Shown piece after piece: positions 1 through 9,900 of a stretch of DNA of 64,000 nucleotides. The notes under the pieces are model-generated. The model ran no database searches and had not been told where the DNA came from. It saw nothing but the letters and a program-made list of their open reading frames with translations. The stretch covers positions 186,001-250,000 of the IMG/VR virus record IMGVR_UViG_3300044796_000662. One strand, 5' to 3'. How positions within the stretch are numbered: the first letter of the stretch is position 1; every line of letters begins with the position of its first letter. The translations under genes were made by a program, and so were the position numbers.

Positions 1-690
1 CGCCATGACCACACCGGGCAGTGTCTTGAAGTCCGAGACGTTCCAAAAGAACGGGATCGGACCAAGGGACGGGACCGAGTAGCGGTACTCCGCCATGACC
101 CTCGCCCCGGGCTTGAAGCGGGTCTTGAAGACAATCGCTCCGGTCGAGTAGTTGACAACGTAGTCAGTACCCTCCGTGAGCAGCCAGTTGCCGTTCTCGT
201 AGATCCGGAGCGTGCCCTTCGAAGGAGGGTTCTGAAGCTGACCCTCAGTCTCGATGCCGGTCTGAAAGAAGAGCAGAGGTTCTTGGGGGACCGTGATGAG
301 GGGGTCAATCGTGTACATGCCAGGCTCGGAGGCGTTCTTGGGCACGGACAAGATCTCGATGTAGTAGACCCCAGGCAGGATCGGCATCTGCTCTTGGTTG
401 TTCGCGAGGACAGCCTGATCCTCGCGAACCCACTCGATAGGATGCGCGGGCGTACCAAAGTAGAAGAGACCCACGTGGCTCTCGACCGTCCCCATGAAGT
501 TGTCGCCAGCTAGGGAGATCTTGTTGGCACTCGATCCCTTGACGATGATCCCGTACTGCGGACGCTCGTTGAAGCTGTACTTGTTCTGGATGTACGGAAC
601 GATCTTGCTGTAGATGGGGTGGCGCGAGAACGAGTCTTTCAACTCGTTGATGATGCGCCGCTTGAGAGCCCCAATGATGTAGTAGTACAC
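1..690 (-). CDS. Virion structural protein, 3'-truncated by window edge (possibly tail-completion/neck-associated)
   Basis: Not in the ORF track. Manual translation from GTG at 690: MYYYIIGALKRRIINELKDSFSRHPIYSKIVPYIQNKYSFNERPQYGIIVKG...GTDYVVNYSTGAIVF...; open to position 1. DYxVNYxxGxIxF is typical of virion beta-domains. Confidence 0.65.
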   Translation of the reverse strand, partial: MYYYIIGALKRRIINELKDSFSRHPIYSKIVPYIQNKYSFNERPQYGIIVKGSSANKISLAGDNFMGTVESHVGLFYFGTPAHPIEWVREDQAVLANNQEQMPILPGVYYIEILSVPKNASEPGMYTIDPLITVPQEPLLFFQTGIETEGQLQNPPSKGTLRIYENGNWLLTEGTDYVVNYSTGAIVFKTRFKPGARVMAEYRYSVPSLGPIPFFWNVSDFKTLPGVVMA

Positions 691-697
691 GTGGGCC

Positions 698-1711
698 TCA
701 GGCGTGTTCCTCCATCGCCAGGACCAGGAGGCCCTCTGCGACAGCGGTCATGGGGTCCTTCGCCATCCGGATCTCGCTGATCTCGATGGGGAAGCCCTTC
801 TTCTTGATCTCGGAGAACTCCGACTTGAAGACCTCCTCGAAACCGATGGCCTTGCACGTGCCGCCGGAAACGACGAACGGGATCGGCCCTGGCAGCTCAA
901 TGCTCGACTGCGCCTTGCGGAACTGGATGGCGATGTTCTCCAGGCAATGGCGGATGAGCGCGCGGATGTAGAGAGAGATCGCTTCGGCGTCCCGATCATC
1001 ATCCTTGTGGTTGATGAGGTCCACGCCCTTCTCCTTGATGGTGCACATGCGCGAGGCCGTAGACCCGGTCGCCTTGGCTGCGTGGGAGTCGATCCAGTCG
1101 CCGCCACGTGCAAGAGAAAACTCCAGACCCTTGATGGTCTGATAGGAGAGCGCCACGTTGCACATGCCCGAACCGAATGACACGGACAGGCCCGAGAATG
1201 TCTCGTCGGCGCACTGGCTGTAGATGATCGCCATCGCCTCGTTCATCGGGTGCGCCGTGAACCCGTGCTCGGTGATGATCTTGCGGAAGATCTCCGTGTG
1301 GTAGACGACGTCCTGGTCCGGCATGTCCACGGGCGCCGCGGGGACGCTGTAGAAGCAGTGCTCGTCCTTGCAAGACGGCTCTTCGAGTACACTCTTGACG
1401 AGGAGACTCAGGATCTGCTGCGCCTTGAGTTCCCCGGCCGCGATGACGCCGTTGCTCAGGGGACGACGCACTTCCCTCTTGAAGAGGTTGGCCATCGTCA
1501 GAGCTGAATCGCCGATGACGACGAGCTGGCCGTCGCCCATCTCGATGTAATCGACCTTCGAGAGCCGGAGCTGCTTCTTGGCCTCCGATTCGAGGTCGAT
1601 GAATGCGTCGCGGATGCGGTTGGTCGAGACCTTGTCGCCGACCTGGCGTGCCGAGACGATGTTCATGGTCCCAATGTCGAGACCAATGCCCTTCCTCTTG
1701 TCCGTGCTCAT
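698..1711 (-). CDS. Actin-fold ATPase (MreB/MamK/FtsA superfamily)
   Basis: Phosphate-1 GLDIGTMN, connect-1 NEAMA, phosphate-2 SFGSGMCN, GGDWID, adenosine VSGGT, connect-2 DPMTAVAEG. Confidence 0.9.
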   Translation of the reverse strand: MSTDKRKGIGLDIGTMNIVSARQVGDKVSTNRIRDAFIDLESEAKKQLRLSKVDYIEMGDGQLVVIGDSALTMANLFKREVRRPLSNGVIAAGELKAQQILSLLVKSVLEEPSCKDEHCFYSVPAAPVDMPDQDVVYHTEIFRKIITEHGFTAHPMNEAMAIIYSQCADETFSGLSVSFGSGMCNVALSYQTIKGLEFSLARGGDWIDSHAAKATGSTASRMCTIKEKGVDLINHKDDDRDAEAISLYIRALIRHCLENIAIQFRKAQSSIELPGPIPFVVSGGTCKAIGFEEVFKSEFSEIKKKGFPIEISEIRMAKDPMTAVAEGLLVLAMEEHA

Positions 1712-1754
1712 CTGGGTCCTCTTTCATCTGACCGGGCAACGTGCCCGGTGAACT

Positions 1755-2534
1755 TCATTTGATCTTCCAGTCGGAAGCAGTCTTCACGCTCTTCGAAGCA
1801 ACCCGGCCGCCCGCACGCTGCTTGAGCAGGTACACGAACGACTCGTTCACGTCAGCGATGCCCTGGAGAAGGTTGTCAATGCCGTGCGAGAGCATCCCCT
1901 TCTTTTCCAACAGCTCGTAGCCGATACGCAGAAGCACGAGGAACCGGAGCACACCCTTGAGCGAGATGAGAACGCACTGCTCGGGCGCGGCCTGCATAGG
2001 GGCGGCGTTGTACAGATCCTTGACGATGAGGAGCTGGTGCGTGCTCTGGATGACCGGGTTCACGAGCACGGGAGTGCCGGCGCCCACTGCGCGCTCTCCA
2101 AGGCTGTCGATGAGCGGCTGCGTCTCGTTGTAGAGGCGTTCGAAGAGCAGGTGATCGGCGTAGAAGGCCGTGCCCTGCGTCTGCCAGTGATGCGTCTGGT
2201 GGATGAAGGAGAGCGCGCGAAGGTAGGTGAGCAGTGCCGCAAGCTCCGCCATCGACTGCTCGCCGTAGTCGAGCAAGAAGTGCGCGAGCACGTTGGCCAC
2301 GTCCTCGTTCGCGGCTTCTTTGGCCACCATCGCGCGGACCTCGGCCAGAGAGTCCTTGTCGGGAATCGACGAGGCACCCTTCGGACGACCCACTGCCTTC
2401 GAACACGAGGCATCCGGAAGATAGGGGGGACCCATCTTCAGGTGGTCGTATGTCGTGGGGTCGTGCCAGACTGCGTAGATCGAGTCGGCGTGTTCCCCAG
2501 AGTACGGGTCGATGACGGCGCGTTTGCCGCTCAC
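1755..2534 (-). CDS. Ferritin-like / Dps-like protein
   Basis: HQTHHWQTQGTAFYADHLLFERLY...IDSLGER matches the Dps ferroxidase signature HWxxxGxxFxxxHxLFExxY...DxxxER. Confidence 0.8.
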   Translation of the reverse strand: MSGKRAVIDPYSGEHADSIYAVWHDPTTYDHLKMGPPYLPDASCSKAVGRPKGASSIPDKDSLAEVRAMVAKEAANEDVANVLAHFLLDYGEQSMAELAALLTYLRALSFIHQTHHWQTQGTAFYADHLLFERLYNETQPLIDSLGERAVGAGTPVLVNPVIQSTHQLLIVKDLYNAAPMQAAPEQCVLISLKGVLRFLVLLRIGYELLEKKGMLSHGIDNLLQGIADVNESFVYLLKQRAGGRVASKSVKTASDWKIK

Positions 2535-2539
2535 AGCGC

Positions 2540-3055
2540 TCAGCCCTTCTTCTTGTGGATGCCGTGCGTGAATTCGAGGCTGCCCATACCGCCCGCCGAG
2601 GTGGACTTGATGCGGTGCTCCAGCTCATAGGGGCCCATGCCCTCCTCGTTGAGCTTCTTGGCGTCCTTGGGGTCGTAGCCGTGGGCTTCGAGGATGGCCT
2701 CAAGCTCCTTGAGTTCCCCAGGATGCGCTGCGCCTTCCGCCTGCCAGTCGGCCTTCTTGCGCTTGTTTTGTGTCTTGCCGCCAGGCCCAGCACCCCCGGG
2801 GAGCGCCGCCTTGGCCTCCTCACGCAGGTCTTGACCGACACCCGAGGGCGTCTCGCGCTCCGGCTTGGCGGTGAACGTCTTGCCCGTGTACGGAGAGCGG
2901 ACGGTCAGCTTCTTCTCCTTGAGCCAGAACTCGTTGCCCGTGGGATCCACGTACTTCCAAAGCATGCCGCCCTGGCCCTGCTTCTTGTCACCCTTGGCGA
3001 GCTTCTCGGTAAGCTCACTGGCCTGCTTCTTGAGCTGCTCTTGGATGGGGTGCAT
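2540..3055 (-). CDS. Hypothetical protein (probably virion-associated)
   Basis: Clean ORF with SD (AAGGAAG) and an upstream TTATC motif. Confidence 0.7.
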   Translation of the reverse strand: MHPIQEQLKKQASELTEKLAKGDKKQGQGGMLWKYVDPTGNEFWLKEKKLTVRSPYTGKTFTAKPERETPSGVGQDLREEAKAALPGGAGPGGKTQNKRKKADWQAEGAAHPGELKELEAILEAHGYDPKDAKKLNEEGMGPYELEHRIKSTSAGGMGSLEFTHGIHKKKG

Positions 3056-3094
3056 GGTCTTCCTTCTGTAACGGCCGAGGGGATAAGAGGAAGT

Positions 3095-3700
3095 TCAGGG
3101 CTTGGCCTTGCGCCGAAGCTCCCGAAGCTTGTCCGAAGCGCCCGAAAGGGTGCTATCCGACTCGGTTTTCTTGGCCTCGATGCGACTCTCGGTGTTTTCG
3201 GGCCTGATCGTCGCTGGGATGAACGTCGGAGTGTTGTCCTCGGGCACCGCCGCACGCACCAGCGGGCCGCCGTTGCCCTGGACCTGGACGATGGTCGTCG
3301 TCGAGGGACCCTGCGTGCGAAGAAGCTCCAAGATCGTGTCCAGCTTGACCGTGGCCCGCTGTTCAGCCGCCAGAGCGTCCTGGCGTTGCTTCTCAAGAGC
3401 TTCCCGCAGACGCTTGTTCTCTTCTTCGAGGGCCTGCTGGCGAGCCGCAAGCGAAGGGTCCGGAGCCGCTGCAACGGGCTCGGTTGAGCCCGGGGGGATG
3501 ATGACGTTTCGCTGGACGTAGGGACCCGACTGGATGAGGCAGATGTACTTCTGCCCGATAGCCCGCCAGAGATCCTTGGACTTGTTCGCTTTGTCCGCCG
3601 GGATCGTGACCGTATGGCCGTGGGGAACACCCACCCCCAAGTCCGTGATGAAGTGGATCCCGGCGACGAGGCCGAAGACGGTGACATCGCTCACGGCCAT
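3095..3700 (-). CDS. Hypothetical protein with central coiled coil
   Basis: ORF abuts neighbours; heptad segment LAARQQALEEENKRLREALEKQRQ. Confidence 0.7.
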   Translation of the reverse strand: MAVSDVTVFGLVAGIHFITDLGVGVPHGHTVTIPADKANKSKDLWRAIGQKYICLIQSGPYVQRNVIIPPGSTEPVAAAPDPSLAARQQALEEENKRLREALEKQRQDALAAEQRATVKLDTILELLRTQGPSTTTIVQVQGNGGPLVRAAVPEDNTPTFIPATIRPENTESRIEAKKTESDSTLSGASDKLRELRRKAKP

Positions 3701-3701
3701 G

Positions 3702-4211
3702 TCAACGACCCTTCTTGTTGTGGAGGGTCTGTCGGAGCTGGAGCATCACCTCACGGGTCATGCGCTCCTTGATGAACTTCTTGGCCTCTTGCTTGGCCTT
3801 CGTGATGAAGTCCACACGACCGCGGCCGGGGTGCCACCAGCTCCCGTTCTCCATCGAACGAGGCGTCGCCCAGCGGAAGATCATCTCGCCCGAGTCGAGG
3901 ACGATGGGGATCGGGACCTTCGCCTTCGTGAGCCACTTCATCTGCCTCTTCTCCTGTCCGAAGACGAGAGGCTTGAAACCGGGGTGACTGGTCGTGATGA
4001 CGAGGCTGTTCGGGAAGATCTTGATCCGGAGCGACTTCGACAGCGACTTGCGGGCGCGGTCCGAAAAGGTGGGAATGTTCTGGAACTTGGCCTTGAGGCG
4101 CCGGTTCAGCTCGGCCTTGAGCTTGCGCAGCACCCCTTCTGGGTTGACGTTGAGGTTCTCGCCGATGAGGGGTTTGGCGTAGACACCGCTGACACGCGTG
4201 GGGGCGCCCAT
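3702..4211 (-). CDS. Basic neck-region protein (possibly HK97 gp10/Ne1-like)
   Basis: ATG at 4211 coupled to upstream stop (TGATG); basic, WWHPG..DFITKA motif; follows adaptor/closure genes. Confidence 0.5.
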   Translation of the reverse strand: MGAPTRVSGVYAKPLIGENLNVNPEGVLRKLKAELNRRLKAKFQNIPTFSDRARKSLSKSLRIKIFPNSLVITTSHPGFKPLVFGQEKRQMKWLTKAKVPIPIVLDSGEMIFRWATPRSMENGSWWHPGRGRVDFITKAKQEAKKFIKERMTREVMLQLRQTLHNKKGR

Positions 4212-5575
4212 CAGTATTCCGTGTTCTCCCAAGCGTCGGTCTCTCCACGGAGCTGGCGCTCTGCGGGGATGTTGGGCTTGTTCGTGATCTCCGAGCTGGC
4301 TTCCTGGTCAGGGCCCATCGGAGCGAACTCGACGGCCGGGAACCTGACAGGATTGTCCACGGGCACCTTGTTGCGGATGTCCTTCTCGTCGAAGTGACCC
4401 ACCGTGAAGTGCTGTTGCAGGATCATGCCTCGGCTTGTAGGCATCCGAACGGCGCCGATCGAGTATCGTTCACCGTTGATCTTCACGAAGAAGTCACGGT
4501 GTGCAAGGAGCGGCGTCGGTCCCGTCCAGGACTCGTACGTGTGCTCGACCGTGCGACCGCGATCCTTCTGTGTGATGCGCTTCTCAGAGTCATCCGGCGC
4601 GATGATGATGTCGTACGGTCCGTCGTAGCCGCCGATGATCCCCGTACCGAAGCAGAGGGGATCGTCATTGATTGGTTGCTTGTGGATGTCGTCCTGGAAA
4701 CAAGGGCACGGCGTGCCCACCTGCTTGCGCAAGAAGACCTTCACGCGCTCGCCCGCCTGCTCAAGCAGCCAGCGGTTTCGGCGTGCGGCCTCCTTCCAGA
4801 TGTAGTCGATCTTCTCCATCTCGTAGGAGTTCGTGGCCGTCGCGTACTCCAGCGGCGTCTCCATGACCTTCTGGGACTGGACAACGCTCGTGGCGTGGTT
4901 GACGGGGATGCCCACGGTCGTGACGAGATAGAAGACCCTCTGAACGAGGTCCGTGCGCACGAGCTGCTTCGTGTACCTGTACGAGCAGGTCACGACGCTC
5001 GTTGAAGAAGGGACCACCGTGGGCAAGTAGTTCTGCGTGCCCGTGTCGGGGTAGCGCCGGACGTCGATCTCGATCTCGCCCGTCTGACCATCGACACGCA
5101 GGACCGGAACGATCTGGCCATCGACGATGACCTGCACGTCCTCGGCAGAGTTGGCGTAGACCTCCTGCGAGGCTTCCTTGACGATGGGCCGAAGCAGCGT
5201 GCGGAAGACGTAACGAGGACCATAGCCGGCCATGCCCGTGCTCTGCTCGCCGAAGATGACCCACTGTTGAGGGGTGATCTGCTCGTCGGTAACGAGGACG
5301 TTGTTGGTCTGATCGCGCCAGTAGCGAGACCCGATGGGCAGGCTGTTCACGCGCTCGAACGGTCCGAACTCCGAGTCGAACGCACGGTAGATGTTGACCC
5401 CCAAGATGGAGAACCGACCGTTGAGGGTCAGGATCCCGGGGCTGTCCCACGTGAGGTCGAACACACCAGGCCGGTACCCACTCCTCACGAAGAAGTTGAG
5501 GGGTGAGACCGGCCACGGAGCCCGGACGTACTCCAGCTCACTGGGGTTCCGGTCGCGATTACTTGCATAAGGCAT
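4211..5575 (-). CDS. Head-closure/neck protein with N-terminal Fn3-like region and Cys motif
   Basis: GERVKVFLRK...CPC...CFGTGIIGGYDGP motif; LTWDSP...GVNIYRA Fn3-like start; directly after adaptor. Confidence 0.55.
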   Translation of the reverse strand: MPYASNRDRNPSELEYVRAPWPVSPLNFFVRSGYRPGVFDLTWDSPGILTLNGRFSILGVNIYRAFDSEFGPFERVNSLPIGSRYWRDQTNNVLVTDEQITPQQWVIFGEQSTGMAGYGPRYVFRTLLRPIVKEASQEVYANSAEDVQVIVDGQIVPVLRVDGQTGEIEIDVRRYPDTGTQNYLPTVVPSSTSVVTCSYRYTKQLVRTDLVQRVFYLVTTVGIPVNHATSVVQSQKVMETPLEYATATNSYEMEKIDYIWKEAARRNRWLLEQAGERVKVFLRKQVGTPCPCFQDDIHKQPINDDPLCFGTGIIGGYDGPYDIIIAPDDSEKRITQKDRGRTVEHTYESWTGPTPLLAHRDFFVKINGERYSIGAVRMPTSRGMILQQHFTVGHFDEKDIRNKVPVDNPVRFPAVEFAPMGPDQEASSEITNKPNIPAERQLRGETDAWENTEY

Positions 5576-5612
5576 GGAGGCTCCCCCAGATCAGCCCCCA
5601 TAAAGGGAAGAA

Positions 5613-5930
5613 TCACTGCGGTGCTTGCGCACCTTCACCCTGGGCGTTGACGAAGCTGATCTGCCCTGTCTTGGCGTCCACCTCGACAGGTGTACCCGGG
5701 TTGAGCCCACGGTCGGTCAACTCCTTGGCGAAGAGACGCTGCTTCTCCTCGTCGAGCTGCCTGGCCGAGACGAGGATCTTGATCTTCTCGTGCTCCAAGT
5801 CGAGGAGCTGGTCGCCAAGCTGAGACCTGGCAGCCGAGACCTGTGCCATTCTTTTCAGCACATCTGGCGAGATCGGGTCGTTCGGGGTCAGCTTCTTCTC
5901 GGTGCTCATCTTCATCCTCCGGTGGCGCAC
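5613..5930 (-). CDS. Small coiled-coil hypothetical protein
   Basis: ORF fills the gap; heptads; start may be a downstream ATG. Confidence 0.65.
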   Translation of the reverse strand: MRHRRMKMSTEKKLTPNDPISPDVLKRMAQVSAARSQLGDQLLDLEHEKIKILVSARQLDEEKQRLFAKELTDRGLNPGTPVEVDAKTGQISFVNAQGEGAQAPQ

Positions 5931-5985
5931 AAACGCGCGCCCGTCCTACAGGAGGGGATGGCATAAGAGGACTAGACAGCTTGGG

Positions 5986-6903
5986 TCAGAAGCCGACGAA
6001 CTTGCGAGGAGAGAGCACACCTCGGCCGGCGTACGGACCGAATGCCGAACGGATGCCGGTACCAAACTTGGGCTGCTGGACGCCCTTGATGTAGTTGACG
6101 GTCGCCTTGCCCTTTTCGAGCTGCGTCTGGAAGTGCTCACTGGCGGCTTGCTGAGCGCCTTCGTACTTGGCGGCCTTCTCCAGGTTGAGCGAGACACCGC
6201 CGATGCTGTAGTCGAACTCGTCGGCGATCCAGTTGATGCGCATGGCCTGGAGCGCGTAGTACGTCGCGCCCGTCAAGAGCATCGTCCTCCACTCGGGATG
6301 GAGCTGCACCATCTGAGCGATGTTGGCGAAGGGAGTCTTGGGGGGCGCCGCGATGATGTCGTCGAGCGCGTTGTACATGTACTCGACCAGCTCGTGGTCC
6401 TCCCAGATGAAGCCGAAGACCTTGCTGAACTGCGTAACCGTCTCTTCGTGGGCCGGCGGACGGAAGTGGTAGTTGCGGTCGGGGTTGTTGTCGCGGAGCA
6501 GGTTGCGCAAGCGGCGCATGAGTTCCCGCTCGTGGTGGTCCATCTCGCCACCCTCACCCCCACCGGGGCCGAACCCACCCGGTTGGACCCGGTCGATGAC
6601 CGCGAAGTTCATGACGACCTGTTGCAGCGGCCCTCCGACGACCTCACGGAAGGTCCAGCGGATGCGGTAGGCACCGATGTTGGCGTCAAGCGGGATGAGC
6701 AGGCTCGCGTAGTATTCCCCGACAGACGGGTTCACGGGCACACGCATGCTCGGACCGACGAGGACTTCGCTGCCGGTCGTGAAGTCGTAGAGGGCGTAGC
6801 TGATCTCGGCGGCGTTGACGGGCGTGCCGTTGACGTTCGTCAGGTAGATGTTGAGGTCGTTCCTGCCGAGGAGCTGACCCTTGTAGAATGCGGTGGTTGC
6901 CAT
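5986..6903 (-). CDS. Head-tail adaptor/neck protein with N-terminal Ig-like domain
   Basis: LRNLLRD...IWEDHELVEY..ALDDI...DYSIGGVSL resembles adaptor (Ad1/gp6-like) pattern; N-terminal beta-sandwich. Confidence 0.55.
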   Translation of the reverse strand: MATTAFYKGQLLGRNDLNIYLTNVNGTPVNAAEISYALYDFTTGSEVLVGPSMRVPVNPSVGEYYASLLIPLDANIGAYRIRWTFREVVGGPLQQVVMNFAVIDRVQPGGFGPGGGEGGEMDHHERELMRRLRNLLRDNNPDRNYHFRPPAHEETVTQFSKVFGFIWEDHELVEYMYNALDDIIAAPPKTPFANIAQMVQLHPEWRTMLLTGATYYALQAMRINWIADEFDYSIGGVSLNLEKAAKYEGAQQAASEHFQTQLEKGKATVNYIKGVQQPKFGTGIRSAFGPYAGRGVLSPRKFVGF

Positions 6904-6906
6904 GCT

Positions 6907-9900
6907 TCAGTCCCATCCGCGCTTGCGGCCTCGTGGCGTCTTGTCGTCGGGGAAGTGCGCCGAGACGGCGTCGAGCACCTCGAAGTAGTAGTCCTTCGTG
7001 AAGGACTGGCTAAAGAAGGTTTCTTGAACGGTCCAGCGGACCATCCAGATGCCCGGCTGGCCACCTTCGCCAACGACACCCGTGACGTAGAAGTGTCCCA
7101 CACCGGGGCCGTGCGCCGGCTCGCGAGCGTCGGGCCCGACCGGCATGAGGAACATGTCCTTCACCTGGTAGAGGGCGAACGTGACCTTGTAGGGTTCGAC
7201 CGGGTGACGGCGCTTGTCGTCGTCCTTCTCGTAGACGTAGAGCGGCAGATGGTGCGGCTCGAAGAACGTGGCCCAGTACGGGAACGCGACGAGCCGCGAG
7301 GTCGTGCGAGTCCTGAGGATGGGCGGCAGAACCGGGGCTTGGTAGTTGTAGCCCGCGATGATCGCGCTGATCGGCGGTAGCGAGACGTACTGCGCCGGCG
7401 GCTGGACGTAGATGAAGGCGTTCTGCGAGGGAACACCGTAGCCCGCGAAGATCGAATCTTGGGGCGGGAGGTCTGCAACCGGGGGGAGAGCCGCAGGAAT
7501 GATCTGCGCGTTCTGTGGTGGGAACCCGAAGCCCGCGAAGAGGTACTGCGGGGGCGGGAGGTCCGGAACGAGCGGGGCCGGGATCGTCGGGATGATCTGC
7601 GGTGCTTGCGCCGCCTGGCCGTAGCCGACCACCAGCTCCGGGATCACAGTGGGGTACGGAGCGCGAGCGTCGTACGCCTGGAAGAGCTGTGCGACCTGTG
7701 CAGGGAAGCCGAACCCAGGGATGACGTACTGAGGCGGCGGAAGATCCGGTACGAGCGGGGGCGGTACCGCAGGGATGATCTGAGCAACCTGTGCTGCCTG
7801 CCCGTAGCCTGCCAGCACGTAGTCCGTAGGCGGCAAGAGCGCAGCGGGGGCGGGCACGCCGATGTAGATGGCGGGGTTCTGCGCGGCCTGTCCGAAGCCT
7901 GCGAAGAGGCTGTCGAGCGGGGGCAGAGGGACGTAGTCTGCGGGGGCTGCCTTCGAGATGAAGGGCGCCTGAGCGGCCTGCCCGTAGCCCGCGAACAGGT
8001 AGTCCGTGGGCGGGAGCTGCACGTAGGGGGACGGCGGGGGCAGCGAGAAGACCACTGCGGACTGCGCGGCCGTTCCAGCACCACCCGTGAGAGCACCACC
8101 GGACGTCGCATAGAAGGCCGGCGGCGGATCACCCGAGCTGAGGAGCAGCGGCGGCGGGATGAGGTAGTACGCGTGCGGGGCGACGGGCGGAGCGATGATG
8201 ATCTGCGCGTTCTGCGCGGCCTGACCGTAGCCCTTGAGGACGTAGTCCTGAGGGGGGAGCTGAGCACTCGGCGGGAGAACGAAAGGTTGGAACAGCTCGG
8301 GGCTCTGCGCTGCCTGGCCGTGTCCTGCGAAGACTGCGTCCTCCGGAGGGAGCTGGGTGAACGGTGGCACGAGTGGCTGCGTGTAGACCACGGCCTTCTG
8401 AGGCGGGAACCCGAAGCCAGCGAAGATGGAGTCCAGCGGAGGCAGTGCAGCGCTCGGCGGGAGAACGAACGGCTGGTAGAGAGCGGCGTTCTGAGCCGGA
8501 CGTCCAAAGCCCGCGTAGATGCTCTGTGGGGGCGGCAGCACCTCGGTTGGAGGCAGCACGAACGGCTGGACGAGGGTCGGTGCCTGCGCCGCCTGACCGA
8601 AGCCCTTGAGGATGTAGTCGGTCGGAGGCAGTGCAGCGAACGGCGGGACGAGCGGCTGCGTGTAGATTGCCGGGTTCTGTGGCGGGTAGCCGAAGCCCGC
8701 GAAGATCGAGTCCTCGGGCGGCAGGACAGCCGAGGGCGGCAGCAACGTGGGCTGCACGAAGAACGGCGCTTCGGCGGGCTTGCCGTACCCCGCATAGATG
8801 TAGTCCTGCGGCGGGAGTACCTCGGTCGGAGGCAGGATCGTCGCCTGAACATGGAAGGGTGCTTCCGCGGCCTGGCCGTACCCGGCGAACACGTAGTCCT
8901 GCGGAGGCAGATTGGCGCTTGGGGGAAGCAACGTGGGCTGCACGAAAAAGGGCACTTCGGCGGCCTGCCCGTAGCCTGCAAAGATCGAATCCAGCGGGGG
9001 AAGAGCAGCCGAGGGCGGAAGAACGAACGGCTGGAACAGCGCTGCGACCTGTGCAGGCTTGCCGTAACCGGCGTAGATGCTCTGCGGCGGAGGCAGGGCA
9101 GCCGAGGGCGGTAGGACGAACGGCTGTACGAAGAACGGTGCCTGAGCAGCCTGACCATACCCAGCGTAGACGTAGTCTTGCGGAGGCAGGTTCGCAGCGG
9201 GCGGCGGAACCCCAATGATCTGGACCGCCACTTGTGCAGGCTTGCCGAAGCCTGCGAAGATCGAATCCTCGGGCGGCAGGGCCACGTACGGGGGCTGCGG
9301 TTGCAAAGTGAAGGGGATGTTCGAGAGGCTGGGGGTTCCGTAGCCCGCGAAGATCGAGTCCTCCGGGGGCAAGATCGCGCTGGGGGCCGGGAAGAGCGAA
9401 GGGTAGAAGACCTCGGCGATCTGCGCAGCTTGACCGTAGCCGGTGACCACGTAGTCCTGCGGAGGCAGCGTCGCGCTCGGAGCAACGAGCGGTTGGGAGA
9501 TGGTGAACGCGTTGAGCGAAGGCTTGCCGTACCCTGCAACGAGGAAGGTGGGAGGGGGCAGGAGTGCAGACGGCGGCAGGACAAACGGCTGGAAGAGCGC
9601 TGCGTTCTGTGCCGGTTGACCGAACCCGGCGAAGATGCTTTGGGGTGGGGGCAGATCCGGAACCCTGGGCGGCGGGATCGCAGGGAGGATCTGTGCGACT
9701 TGAGCCGGCTGACCATACCCAATGAAGATCGAGTCCTCCGGGGGCAGAACCGCGAAGGGTGGGATCTGCGCCGGAACAACGGACGGGGCTTGTGTTGCCT
9801 GACCGAAGCCCTTGAGGATGTAGTCTTGCGGCGGAAGCTGAACGTAGGGGGCGGGGGGCTGTACCAGGAGTTGGGCGACCTGCGAGGGTTGACCGTATCC

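Noticed and set aside
1731-1749. Hairpin ACCGGGCA-ACG-TGCCCGGT before the actin gene as a terminator
   Set aside because: No U-tract on the coding strand; function unclear
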